The position numbers and the translations under genes are program-made. The notes under the pieces are model-generated. The model made no database searches. It was not told where the DNA came from and saw only the letters and a list, made by a program, of their open reading frames with translations. DNA of 64,000 nt, taken from positions 6,425,888 through 6,489,887 of the forward strand of contig NC_092676.1 in assembly GCF_964355755.1 (NCBI RefSeq), read 5' to 3'. Source of the stretch: Antedon mediterranea. Its lineage: Eukaryota > Animalia > Echinodermata. Below, in pieces: positions 1 to 14,020 of the stretch (positions within the stretch are counted from its first letter, which is position 1; every line of letters begins with the position of its first letter).

Positions 1-590
1 ACCAGTAACCAAATGACATGTTGTAAATTGGTTTTTAACTGGTACCAGTTATATGGTAAACTAATTAGCGTACTAGTGAATTTGCTTGTAAACCAGTTAT
101 CATAATGGCAAACTAGTTATCATACTTGTTAACCATTTATCGCAATGGTAGACCAGTTATTGTGCTGGTAGACCAGTTATTGTACTCGTAACCTAGTTAT
201 TGTACTGGCAAACCAGTTATACTGGCAGACCAGTTATTGTATTGTTAAACTAATTATTGTACTGGTAAACCGGCTATCCTACTGGTAAACCAGTTATTGC
301 ACTGGTAGACCAGTTATCGTACTACTGGTAGATCAGTTATTGTACTGGTAGACCAGTTATCGTACTACTGGTAGATCAGTTATTGTACTGGTAAACTAGT
401 TATTGTACTGGTAAACCAGTTATCGTACTCTTATACTAGTTATTGTACTGGTAAATCAGTTATCGTACTAGTAAACCTGTTATCGTACTGGTAAACCAGT
501 TGGTCGTACTGATAGACCAGTTATCGTACTGGTAGACTAGTTATCGTACTGGTAAGCCAGTTAGCGTACTGGTAAGCCAGTTAGCGTACT
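1..590. repeat. 20-bp minisatellite (ACCAGTTATCGTACTGGTAR), degenerating leftwards
   Basis: Tandem copies with period 20 (e.g. 516, 536). The unit is internally palindromic (ACCAGT...ACTGGT). Confidence 0.9.
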
Positions 591-621
591 ATTAACAAAA
601 ATAGTTAGTTAATTTAAACTT

Positions 622-780
622 GAAACTGTTCGTCTTACTATAGCATGCGAAACTGTTCGTCTTGCTATAGCATGCGAAACTGTTCGTCTTGCTATAGCAT
701 GCGAAACTGTTCGTCTTGCTATAGCATGCGAATCTGTTCGTCTTACTATAGCATGCGAAACTGTTCGTCTTGCTATAGCA
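622..780. repeat. 27-bp minisatellite, ~6 copies (GAAACTGTTCGTCTTGCTATAGCATGC)
   Basis: Near-perfect tandem copies; explains the repetitive ORF 592-792. Confidence 0.95.
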
Positions 781-3084
781 CAGTATTTTCATAGTAAAGC
801 ATTTCTATTGGAAGAAAATAATTGACTATAATTGTATTGTATGATGATGATGATGTATGCATTCCATGGACATCCATTTAAAAATAATTATGGATTGTAA
901 ATTATGTGAATTTTAATATTGTTTATTATAATTGTGTAGATTTTAGAATAGAATTAAAGTAAAAACGAATTTATTTACAATTTTCAGTTTTTATTTAATT
1001 TATATAAAAGTACATGAGAAGTGTAATATCGTGAGTCAATGATACAATTTGTGTGCTTAAAAGTTAAATTTAAAATTGGGAGAACGATCTAAAACTATCT
1101 ACCGCCATCTATTTTAAAATACATCTTTAAACTTTCTATTTAAAGTTGTAATTAGACAATTGTAGTGTGAACACAGTCTTATTGACATTACAACAAAAAA
1201 CAGCTTTTACCTGTACGATTTCTGTAGCCCTGTTCTGTCTCAAAAGATGTATGCTACATGTTCTCACGCCCGAATGCAAATTTAAATTGTACATTGCAAA
1301 AACATTGTATTGTATTTAGTAATAGTATATGTCTTTTTTTTGCATTTAATTACACGGATTGAAAGCACACTTTGGTCAAACACGGCGCCCCTATACCAGC
1401 AAAACATCAAAATAGGCCTATCGGTAAGATATCGTAGTCATGAAAAATGAAACTAATTAAGAGGGTTCAAAACTTGTGGTCAAGGCTAATAATTATGATA
1501 TAGCAATGCAGATCCTTAGGGCACAGTAAGTCTCCCATTTCTGGTTAGATTTCAAATCTGGCCTTGCATGGTTTAAAGTTTGATGAAATGTTTCAGTCAA
1601 TTAAACCATTTTGCACGGTATATAAATCGTGCGTTCTAGATGTATATTAGTCATGATGTAATCTAGAACGGAAACATTTGTGATTTTTATGTAGGTATGG
1701 GATGCATGGAATATGCATAATAACTCATGTAAATGCAATACTGAAAAAAACAGGTCCACTATTCATAATTATTGAATAAGAGAGTCGGAATAGCGTCTCG
1801 ACAATTCGTCGAAGACTATATCCGTTATTCAAAATTTAAATAATGTACACGTTTTTAAACTATATACTAATAGTAACTTATTATCGAAGTCATGATATTA
1901 TATAAGTAATTTTCCGCGCTGATGGTACAGGAATGGACTTATCGCCCAGTCCATGAAAAAAACAATATCTAATCGTGGATCATTTGGTAAAATCTTAGGC
2001 CTACAAATGATCCATAAATATGTTTATAATTAAAATGTAAATAAATATCGTTTATAGCTCAATGAACAACTTTTGTGATAAACACTCGTGCGGTGATCAT
2101 CATTCGAAAATATTCAACAACTGTGGAACATACACTCGCAGCTTTTGACCGAATAACCAAGTACTTGTTTACAGGATTCACGCACCATTGATGGTGTTTT
2201 AATGACCCGAGCCCTAGTTCATAATGATGTTGTTCCAGTCTACGGTATCCTATTTTGATTTTGAAATGTTTTTGTAGGCGTTCGTTTCGTTTGATTGATG
2301 AACCGAAGTTCTTTGGAAGTATAGCCAGCAAGGAGGGAGAGAGAACGTCTGAAACAGCTTGGTTTTGCCGCCAAAACTGCCTCTATCCCCAAATGAAATA
2401 AATTTACTTTAAAATGTTAGTAGTGTAATGCCAAGCAGCCATGTACAATATAGAACAATAATTATGTATAACCTGGCCTATTTAATGTTTTATTCATGTC
2501 TCGAGATGCTTGTAAATTTATCGACCACCAAGTGTTTATTAAAAATATTGGCTACTGGGAACCATTTGACCGCTATCGAATACATCGTTTTCTTTGCATC
2601 CCCGAATTATTAGTTCTTACAATTTTCAGTCCATTTTGTCACCATCCGCACTTCAAAGGAGTAGGCCTATACTATGCTTAATAACCCTAAATAAAAAAAA
2701 AAACAAGGTATTAATCATAACCACACACAACATACCAAACGCACAACAATGCTACACAGTACGCACAACTTACGCACGTACATACGTAATCAGCATGCAA
2801 TTTTTTTAAAGAATACTTCAAAAAGTCGCAACTAGTATGTATGGTATAGGTTTCTATAACAGAAACTCGTCACCTTTCTCACATAAATATTTACGTAGAC
2901 GATTACACATCCAACTATTAAATTTATATGTGATCACTACTGCCGTGTTACGACTGTAATTGCTCCTTTTTTTAGACTTCCCTTCCTAAATTCGCATTAT
3001 AACGCCCACGCATGTACATGCATGCATCCGGGAAATACTAACAAACATACTGTATTTATTTTGACAATCGAAACATAATTTGGA

Positions 3085-3592
3085 CTGTACGCGACGAGGT
3101 TCATGCAATGTACCAATCTCATAGTTTTAAACCAAGGCTATCAATAACCTTGTAAACTATCCTCTAGGTACAGTCTTATCTATAGTGGAACCTCCGTCCA
3201 CACGATGTACAAGATTCAAAACATATTTGGGGAGCGGACGCGGGGAGTTCAATGCGCATTTACTAATCTCAAAAGTTATTAAAACTATCCTCTTGGTAAA
3301 CTCTTATCTTGGTTAGTGGAACCTCCGTCCACACGGTGTACAAGATTCAAAACATATTTGGGGACCGGACGCGACAAAGTTCAATGCGCATTTACCAATC
3401 TCAATAGTTATTAAACTTATCCTCTTGGTAAAATCTTATCTATAGGTTAGCGGAACCTCCGTCCACACGGTGTACAAGATTCAAAGCCTATTTGGGGAGC
3501 GGACGCGACGGAATTCAATGCGAATTTTCCAATCTAAATAAAACTACCCTCTTGGTAAAATCTTAGCTAGGTTAGTGGAACGTCCATCCACA
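3085..3592. repeat. ~128-bp tandem repeat, ~4 diverged copies
   Basis: CTATCCTCT..GGTA..TCTTATCT..GTGGAACCTCCGTCCACACG recurs at ~3158, 3284, 3417, 3544. Confidence 0.85.
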
Positions 3593-3949
3593 TGTAAAAA
3601 ATGAGAACACATATTTTTTTTTTTATGATAAATGACATAGCGGATATAAACGATCAAAAAGTTTGGCCGGCCTAATTTAATGATGTCTCCCCCGTTACAT
3701 ATCGATTTCCTTGTATGTTACTTTATTATCCAAACGTGAAGAATAATCTGACAGTGTTGATAGTGTGAATGCACAAAACAAATGCATACTCTGCCACATC
3801 GTGTCGTCTCAATTGAAACTTCTTGTATGTTAATAGTAACTACTAATAATAGTTGTTAATTACTCATGTTATTGTTTACAAATGCGTATAACACACTCCT
3901 TTCCCCCGTACAAGCAATGAAATGGGTACTCAGCTTTCCACGGCCTCGA

Positions 3950-4088
3950 AACTGTTATGTTTAAATGTATTAATAAAGTGATGAACTTCTTCATTGTATG
4001 CTTGTAATTTTATCAACAAGTAATTTAAATAATGATTATAATTTGAGAGTGGCACGTTTATATGTTCCTTTTACAAGATTAACTAGTA
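3950..4088 (+). mobile_element. Decayed CR1/L2-group LINE 3' fragment, left part (host of the Helentron nest)
   Basis: Translates as MFKCINKV...NDYNLRVARLYVPFTRLTS, typical of the post-RT C-terminus of CR1/L2-group ORF2. Continues in frame at 59127. Confidence 0.75.
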
Positions 4089-6179
4089 ACTAGAATTTAA
4101 TTCGTCACTTTGACGAATTATAGGTGATCATTTTTATCATTTTAATGAAATTAATTTTTTTTAAACATGTACGTACGTTAACATACGATAGGAAAATGTT
4201 GATGTATGCCATCCTATTATACGCTTATAGTGCTGAGTTATGCCTATTATATGCCATATACAATGTACAGTATATACTGTATATCAATATACAGTGTAGC
4301 ATAGGTGAAATTATGGGACACACATCAAGTTCAAATTTTTTGGTATGATGGAATTATCAAAATAAACTCGAAGATGACAATTTCGAAAGATAATGAATTG
4401 AGCAAATAAATATAAGGATTGGAAGAGAATTTGACACGTAAAAGCGCAATGCGCGCTCTTTGAAATTTGTATAACTTCGACTAAAGAAATTTAAAAACTA
4501 CTTTTTAACTTCAACTGGCCATATGATAACATCACAACATCCGATAGGCTTAATTTTTATATGAATTCATATCTACATTTCATCAGCTTTCATAATAAAT
4601 TATAATCTTCAAGGTCACCTTTAATTTTGAGGAGCTATAAGATATTCAAATGTATGGTGTAGCTGAAATTATACGACCTAGGTTATTCAAGTTTTTACGC
4701 GTGATGACGTCATCAAAATAAAAATGTTGACAACTTATGAGAAAGATAATTAATTGAGCAAGCACATACTAAAATGTGTGCGAAAATCGGGCTCAAATAA
4801 CGGAGATGCGCTCTATTGAATGTGATAACCCATATACAGTGTAGCATAGGTGAAATTACGGGACCCACATCATGTTCTAATTTTTTGGTATGATGGAATT
4901 ATCAAAATAAACTCGAAGATGACAATTTCGAAAGATAATGAATTGAGCAAATAAATATAAGGAATGGAAGAGAATTTGACACGTAGAAGCGCAATGCGCG
5001 CTCTTTGAAATTTGTATAACTTCGACTAAAGAAATTTAAAAACTACTTTTTAACTTCAACTGGCCATATGATAACGTTATAACATCCGATAGGCATAATT
5101 TTTAAATAAATTCATATCTACATATTATCAGCTCTCATAATAAGTTACAAACATCAAGGTCAACTTTAATTCAGAAGAGCTATCAGATATTCAAATGTAT
5201 GGTGTACCTGAAATTACAAGACCTTGGTTATTCAAGTTTTTACGCGTGATGACGTAATCAAAATAAAATGTTGACAACTCATGAGAAAGATAATTAATTG
5301 TGCAAGCACATACTAAAATGTCTGCAAAAATCGAGCTAAAATAACGGAGATGCGCTCTATTGAATGTGATAACACATACAAAAAGATAAATATTACTAAT
5401 TTTTAAATTGAAGTGGCCATTTGATGACGTCATACCATTTTGAACGTCTAATGTGTATATATATTTATATCTACAACTTATTGGCTTCCATAATAAGTTA
5501 AAAAAATTGGGGGTCACCTGCCATTCTGAAGAGTTATATTCATTTTAAAAAGGCCTTATTTTTTACCATTTTCATCACTTTGATGCAATTAATTTGCGCA
5601 TTTTGTCATTTTTAACCTGCTCGTATAGCGTTATTTTAAGTCGGAACTGACTCAAATTTGGTGAATGTACTAAGGATGGTGAGTAGAATGAGATTTGTAA
5701 AAAAAAATTATATTTTTTACGCTTTTTAAGTATCGCACGCGCAAATATTTTTTTTTGCGCAGTAATTTTTTGAAACACGCAAATGGCCTAATTCATGCTC
5801 TAAATTGATCAAAACTTAATTTTGAGCATTTTAAATTTTTAACGCGCGATTTCGTGCGCATGACCCTACGTGCACGTGCGTTTTTATTTGCTAATATATT
5901 TACCCTTGACCAGAAGTTTACGTGTAGTGAATTTCATTAATATGTGATAATGAATTATGGAGATATGATTGATAATGTGATTTTGCAAAATGGCGTATAA
6001 ATGACGTCAAGGATGAGTTATCACGCTGAAAAGCTTATTAGGACTAAGTTAAAGTATTTGAAAGACATTGTGAAATTTTGGTAATCATTGACATTAAACT
6101 TTTTGAGATATTTGTTACACAAAATCTGTACAGAAAGAAATTGCGAAGAAACATTTTTTTTTGACAAAAACAATTCCTC
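4089..6179 (-). mobile_element. HINE subfamily A unit 1 (no cap; internal 545-bp duplication)
   Basis: Starts ACTAGAATTT-AATTCGTCActtTGACGAATT-A-TAGGTGATCATTT. 4287-4831 is repeated at 4832-5376. Ends CAATTCCTC|ACTAG. Confidence 0.88.
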
Positions 6180-7733
6180 ACTAGAATTTAATTCGTCACT
6201 TTGACGAATTATAGGTGATCATTTTTATCATTTTAATAAAATTAACATTTTTTAAACATGCACGTACGTTAACATAATGATCAGAAAATGTTGATTTATA
6301 CCATCCTATTATACGCTTATACACTAGTGCTGAATTGTGCCTATTATATGCCATATACATTATGTACAGTATATACTGTATATCTATATACAGTGTAGTA
6401 TTGGTGAAATTACGGACACACATCAAAATCTAACTTTTTGGTATGATGACATTATCAAAATAAACTTGTGGATAACAATACCGAAAGATAATGAATTGAG
6501 CAATAAAATATAACAATTGGAAGAAAATTTAGCACGTAGAAGCGCGGTGCGCGCTCTTTGAAATTTTTATAACTTTTACGAAAGAGATGAAAAAATTGCC
6601 TTTTAACTTCAACTGGTCATATGATAACGTCACAAGATTCGAAAGGCTTAATTTTTATATGAATTAATATCTACATTGAACCAGCTCTCATAATAAGTTA
6701 TAATTATCAAGGTCAACTTTAATTCAGAATAGCTGTAAGGTATTCAAATATACATTGTAGGTGAAATTACGTAACCACAGTTATTCACATTTTAAGACGT
6801 GATGACGTCATCAAAATGAAAATATTGGCAACTCATGAGTAACATACTTGGTTGAGGTAGAATATATTACAAATTAAAAGAAAATTGATCACAGATAAGC
6901 GAGTTTCACTCTGTTGAATATGGTGGTCTATGACAAAGGACGAAAAAACCCTATTTTAAAAATTCATGTGGCCAAATGATGGAGTCGTACCATTTTGTAC
7001 GTCTAATGTGTATATATATTTATATCTACAACTCATTGACTTCCATAATAAGTTAAAAAAATTGGGGGTCACCTTCCATTCTGAAGAGTTATCTTCATTT
7101 TAAAATGGCCTTATTTTTTACCATTTTTAACACTTTTGTACAATTAATGTGCGCATTTTTGTCATTTTCAATGTGCTCGCATAGCACTATTCCAAGTCGA
7201 AATGGACTCGAATTTGGTGAATGTACTATGAAAGATGAGTAGAATGCAATTTGTACAAAAAATTGTTATTTTTTACGCTTTCTATGTACGCACGCGCAAA
7301 AACGTGTTTTTGCGCACTAATTTTTTAAAACACGCAAATGGCCTAATTCATGCTCTAAATTGATCAAAACGTAATTTTGAGCATTTTAAATTTTTAACGC
7401 TCGATTTCACGCGCATGACCCAACGTGCGCGTGCGTTTTTATTTGCTAATATTTTTACCCTTGATCTGAAGTTTACGTGTAGTGAATTTCATTAATATGT
7501 GATAATTAATTATGGAGATATGATTGATAATGTGATTTCAAAAAATGGCGTATAAATGACGTAACGGATGAGTGATCACGCTGAAAAGCTTATTAGGACT
7601 AAGTTAAAGTATTTGAAAGACATTCAGAAATTTTGGTAATCATTGACATTAAACTTTTTGAGATATTTGTTACACAAAATCTGTACAGAAAGAAATTGCG
7701 AAGAAATATTTTTTTTTACAAAAACAATTTCTC
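6180..7733 (-). mobile_element. HINE subfamily A unit 2 (no cap)
   Basis: Same 3' terminus; body similar to unit 8; ends CAATTTCTC|ACTAG. Confidence 0.88.
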
Positions 7734-9300
7734 ACTAGAATTTAATTCGTCACTTTGACGAATTATAGGTGATCATTTTTATCATTTTAATGAAATTAAT
7801 TTTTTTTAAACATGTACGTACGTTAACATACGATAGGAAAATGTTGATGTATGCCATCCTATTATACGCTTATAGTGCTGAGTTATGCCTATTATATGCC
7901 ATATACAATGTACAGTATATACTGTATATCTATATACAGTGTAGCATAGGTGAAATTATTGGACACACATCAAGTTCAAATTTTTTGGTATGATGGAATT
8001 ATCAAAATAAACTCGAAGATGACAATTTCGAAAGATAATGAATTGAGCAAATAAATATAAGGATTGGAAGAGAATTTGACACGTAGAAGCGCAATGCGCG
8101 CTCTTTGAAATTTGTATAACTTCGACTAAAGAAATTTAAAAACAACGTTTTAACTTCAACTGGCCATATGATAACATCACAACATCCGATAGGCTTAATT
8201 TTAATATGAATTCATATTTACATTTCATCAGCTTTCATAATAAGTTATAATCTTCAAGGTCACCTTTAATTCTGAAGAGCTATAATATATTCAAATGTAA
8301 GGTGTAGCTGAAATTACACGACCTACGTTATTAAAGTTTTTACACATGATGACGTCATCAAAATAAAAATGTTGACAACTCTTGAGAAAGATAATTAATT
8401 GAGCAAGCACATACTAACATTTCGGCGAAAATCGGGCTCAAATAACGGAAATGCGCTCTATTGAATGTGATAACCCACACAAAAAGATAAAAATTACTAA
8501 TTTTTAAATTGAAGTGGCCATTTGATGACGTCATACCATTTTGTACGTCTAATGTGTACATGAATATGTATCTAAAACCCAATGGCTTCCCGAATAACTT
8601 AAAAAAATTGGGGGTCACCTGCCATTCTGAAGAGTTATATTCATTTTAAAAAGGCCTTATTTTTCACCATTTTCAGCACTTTGATGCAATTAATTTGCGC
8701 ATTTTGATATGTTTAACCTGCTCGTATACCGTTATTTTAAGTCGAAACTGACTCAAATTTGGTGAATGTACTAAGGATGGTGAGTAGAATGCGATTTGTA
8801 TAAAAAAATTGCAATTTTTACACTTTGTAAGTATCGCGCGTGCAAAATAATTTTTTTGCGCAGTAATTTTTTGAAACACGCAAATGGCCTAATTCATGCT
8901 CTAAATTGATTAAAACGTAATTTTGAGCTTTTTAAATTTTTAATGCGCGATTTCACGCGCATGACCATACGTGCGCGCGCGTTTTTATTTGCTAATATTT
9001 TTACCCTTGACCTGAAGTTTACGTGTAGTGAATTTCATAAATATGTGATAATGAATTATGGATATATGATTGATAATGTGATTTCACAAAATGGCGTATA
9101 CGTGACGTCACGGGTCAGTGATCACGCTGAAAAGCTTATTATGGCTAAGCTAAAGTATTTGAAAGACATTGTGAAATTTTTGTGATCATTGTTATTCAAC
9201 TTTTTGAGATATTTGTTACACAAAAAGTGTACAGAAAGAAAAAAAATAAAGATTTCATACAATAACAATAGGTGATCATTTTATTCTAAATGATCACCTA
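7734..9300 (-). mobile_element. HINE subfamily A unit 3 (complete)
   Basis: 3' terminus at 7734; cap hairpin TAGGTGATCATTT-tattct-AAATGATCACCTA at 9269-9300. Confidence 0.9.
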
Positions 9301-10858
9301 ACTAGAATTTAATTCGTCACTTTGACGAATTATAGGTGATCATTTTTATCATTTTAAAGAAATTAACATTTTTTAAACATGCGTGTACGTTAACATACGA
9401 TCGTAAAAAGCTGATGTACGCTATCCTATGACATGATGCATATATACTTATAGTGCTGAGTTGTACCTATTATGTGTCATATACAATATGTACAGTATAT
9501 ACTGTATATCTATATACAGTGTAGCATAGGTGAAATTACGGGACCCACATCATGTTCTAATTTTTTGGTATGATGGAATTATCAAAATAAACTCGAAGAT
9601 GACAATTTCGAAAGATAATGAATTGAGCAAATAAATATAAGGAATGGAAGAGAATTTGACACGTAGAAGCGCAATGCGCGCTCTTTGAAATTTGTATAAC
9701 TTCGACTAAAGAAATTTAAAAACTACTTTTTAACTTCAACTGGCCATATGATAACATCACTACATCCGATAGGCTTAATTTTTATATCAATTCATATCTA
9801 CATTTCATCAGCTTTCACAATAAGTTATAATCTTCAAGGTCACCTTTAATTCTGAAGAGCTATAAGATATTCAAATGTATGGTGTAGCTGAAATTACACG
9901 ACCTAGGTTATTCAAGTTTTTACGCGTGATGACGTAATCAAAATAAAATGTTGACAACTCATGGGAAAGATAATTAATTGAGCAAGCACATACTAAAATG
10001 TGTGCGAAAATCGGGCTCAAATAACGGAGATGCGCTCTATTGAATGTGATAACCCACACAAAAAGAAAAAAATTACTAATTTTTAAATTCAAGTGGCCAT
10101 TTGATGACGTCATACCTTTTTGTACGTCTAATATGTATATATATTTATATCTACAACTTATTGGCTTCCATAATAAGTTAAAAAAATTGGGGGTCACCTG
10201 CCATTCTGAAGAGTTATATTCATTTTAAAAAGGCCTTATTTTTCACCATTTTCATCACTTTGATGCAATTAATTTGCGCATTTTGTCATTTTTAACCTGC
10301 TCGTATAGCGTTATTTTAAGTCGGAACTGACTCAAATTTGGTGAATGTACTAAGGATGGTGAGTAGAATGAGATTTGTAAAAAAAAATCATATTTTTTAC
10401 GCTTTTTAAGTATCGCGCGCGCAAAATTTTTTTTTGCGCAGTAATTTTTTGAAACACGCAAATGGCCTAATTCATGCTCTAAATTGATCAAAACTTAATT
10501 TTGAGCATTTTAAATTTTTAACGCGCGATTTCACGCACATGACCCTACGTGCACGTGCGTTTTTATTTGCTAATATATTTACCCTTGACCAGAAGTTTAC
10601 GTGTAGTGAATTTCATTAATATGTGATAATGAATTATGGAGATATGATTGATAATGTGATTTTGCAAAATGGCGTATAAATGACGTCAAGGATGAGTTAT
10701 CACGCTGAAAAGCTTATTAGGACTAAGTTAAAGTATTTGAAAGACATTGTGAAATTTTGGTAATCATTGACATTAAACTTTTTGAGATATTTGTTACACA
10801 AAATCTGTACAGAAAGAAATTGCGAAGAAACATTTTATTTTGACAAAAACAATTTCTC
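9301..10858 (-). mobile_element. HINE subfamily A unit 4 (no cap)
   Basis: A-type 3' terminus; ends CAATTTCTC|ACTAG. Confidence 0.88.
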
Positions 10859-12442
10859 ACTAGAATTTAATTCGTCACTTTGACGAATTATAGGTGATCA
10901 TTGTTATCATTTTAATAAAATTAACATTTTTTAAACATGCATGTACGTTAAAATACGATCGTAAAAAGTTGATGTACGCCATCCTATGACATGATTGCAT
11001 ATACACTGTACTTATATCGCTGAGTTGTGCCTATTATGTGTCATACAATATGTACAGTATATACTGTATATCTATATACAGTGTAGCATAGGTGAAATTA
11101 CGGGACTCATATCGTGTTCTAATTTTTTGGTATGATGGAAATTTCAAAATAAACTCGAAGATGACAATTTCGAAAGATAATGAATTGAGCAAATAAATAT
11201 ATGGATTTGAAAGAAAATTTGACACGTAGAAGCGCAATGCGCGGTCTTTGAAATTCGTATAACTTTGACTAAAGAAATTTAAAAACTACTTTTTAACTTC
11301 AACTGGCCATATGATAACATCACAACATCCGATAGGCTTAATTTTACTATGAATTCATATCTACATTTCATCAGCTTTCATAATAAGTTATAATCTTCAA
11401 GGTCACCTTTAATTTAGAAGAGCTATAAGATATTCAAATGTATGGTGTAGCTGAAATTACACGACCTAGGTTATTCAAGTTTTTACGCGTGATGACGTTA
11501 TCAAAATAAAAATGTTGACAACTCATTAGAAGAATAATTAATTGAGCAAGCACATACTAAAAGTTGTGCGAAAATCGGGCTCAAATAACGGAGATGCGTT
11601 CTATTGAATGTGATAACCCACACAAAAAGATAAAAATTCCTAATTTTTAAATTCAAGTGGCCATTTGATGACGTCATACCATTTTGTACGTCTAATGTGT
11701 ATATACATTTGTATCTACAACTTATTGGCTTCCATAATAAGTTAAAAAAATTGGGGGTCACCTGCCATTCTGAAGAGTTATATTCATTTTAAAAAATCCT
11801 TATTTTTTACCATTTTTAGCACTTTTGTACAATTAATGAGCGCATTTTGTCATGTTTAACGTGCTCGTACAGCGCTATTTTAAGTCGGATTGGACTCAAA
11901 ATCGGAGAATGTACAAAGGATTGTGAGTAAAATGTGATGTATACATTAAATTTAATTTTTTACGCATTTTAAGAATCGCGTGCGCAAAAATGTGTTTTTG
12001 CGCAGTAATTTTTTGAAACACGCAAATGGCCTAATTCATGCTCTAAATTGATCAAAACGTAATTTTGACCTTTTTAAAATTTCAACGCGCGATTTCACGC
12101 GCATGAGCCTACGTGTGCGTGTGTTTTTATTTGCTAATATTTTTACCCTTGACCTGAAGTTTACGTGTAGTGAATTTCATAAATATGTGATAATAAATTA
12201 TGGATATATGATTGATAATGTGATTTCACAAAATGGCGTATACGTGACGTCACGGATGAGTGATCACGCTGAAAAGCTTATTATGGCTAAGTTAAAGTAT
12301 TTGAAAGACATTGTAAAATTTTTGTGATCATTGCTATTCAACTTTTTGAGATATTTGACGAACAAAAAGTGTACAGAAAGAAGAATAATAAAGATTTTAT
12401 ACAATAACAATAGGTGATCATTTTATTCTAAATGATCACCTA
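10859..12442 (-). mobile_element. HINE subfamily A unit 5 (complete)
   Basis: Both termini present; near-identical to unit 11. Confidence 0.9.
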
Positions 12443-14020
12443 ACTAGAATTTAATTCGTCACTTTGACGAATTATAGGTGATCATTTTTATCGCTTTACT
12501 TACATTAATATTTTTTAAACATGCACGTACGTTAACATACAATAGGAAAATGTTGATGTATACCATCCTGTTATACGCTTATAGTGCGGAGTTGTGCCTA
12601 TTATGTGTCATATACAATATGTACAGTATATACTATATATCTATATACAGTGTAGCATAGGTGAAATTACGGGACCCACATCATTTTAAAATTTTTTGGT
12701 ATGATGGAATTATCAAAATAAACTCGAAGATGACAATTTCGAAAGATAATGAATTGAGCAAATAAATATAAGGATTGGAAGATAATTTGACACGTAGAAG
12801 CGCAATGCGCGCTCTTTGAAATTTGTATAACTTTGACTAAAGAAATTTAAAAACAACGTTTTAACTTCAACTGGCCATATGATAACATCACAACATCCGA
12901 TAGGCTTAATTTTTATATGAATTCATATCTACATTTAATCAGCTTTCATAATAAATTATAATCTTCAAGGTCACCTTTAATTCTGAAAAGCTATAACATA
13001 TTCAAATGTATGGTGTAGCTGAAATTACACGACCTTGGTTATTAAAGTTTTTACACATGATGACGTCATCAAAATAAAAATGTTGACAACTCTTGAGAAA
13101 GATAATTAATTGAGCAAGCACATACTAAAATTTCGGCAAAAATCGGGCTCAAATAACGGAGATGCGCTCTATTGAATGTGATAACCCACACAAAAAGATA
13201 AAAATTACTAATTTTTTAATTGAAGTGGCCATTTGATGACGTCATACCATTTTGTACGTCTAATGTGTACATGAATATGTATCTACAACCCAATGGCTTC
13301 CCGAATAAGTTAAAAAAATTGGGGGTCACCTGCCATTCTGAAGAGTTATATTCATTTTAAAAAGGCCTTATTTTTCACCATTTTCAGCACTTTGATGCAA
13401 TTAATTTGCGCATTTTGTTATTTTTAACCTGCTCGTATAGCGTTATTTTCAGTCAGAACTTACTCAAATTAGGTGAATGTACTAAGGATGGTGAGTAGAA
13501 CGCGATTTGTATAAAAAAACTGCAATTTTTACGCTTTGTAAGTATCGCGCGCGCAAAATATTTTTTTTGCGCAGTAATTTTTTGAAACACGCAAATGGCC
13601 TAATTCATGCTCTAAATTGATTAAAACGTAATTTTGAGCTTTTTAAATTTTTACTGCGCGATTCCACACGCATGACCCTACGTGCGCGCGCATTTTTACT
13701 TGCTAATATTTTTACCCTTGACCTGAAGTTTACGTGTAGTGAATTTCATAAATATGTGATAATAAATTATGGATATATGATTGATAATGTGATTTCACAA
13801 AATGGCGTATACGTGACGCCACGGATGAGTGATCACGCTGAAAAGCTTATTATGGCTAAGTTAAAATATTTGAAAGACATTGTGAAATTTTTGTGATCAT
13901 TGCTATTCAACTTTTTGAGATATTTGACGAACAAAAAGTGTACAGAAAGAAGAATAATAATAACAATAAAGATTTTGTACAATAACAATAGGTGATCATT
14001 TTATTCTAAATGATCACCTA
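12443..14020 (-). mobile_element. HINE subfamily A unit 6 (complete)
   Basis: Both termini present. Confidence 0.9.
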
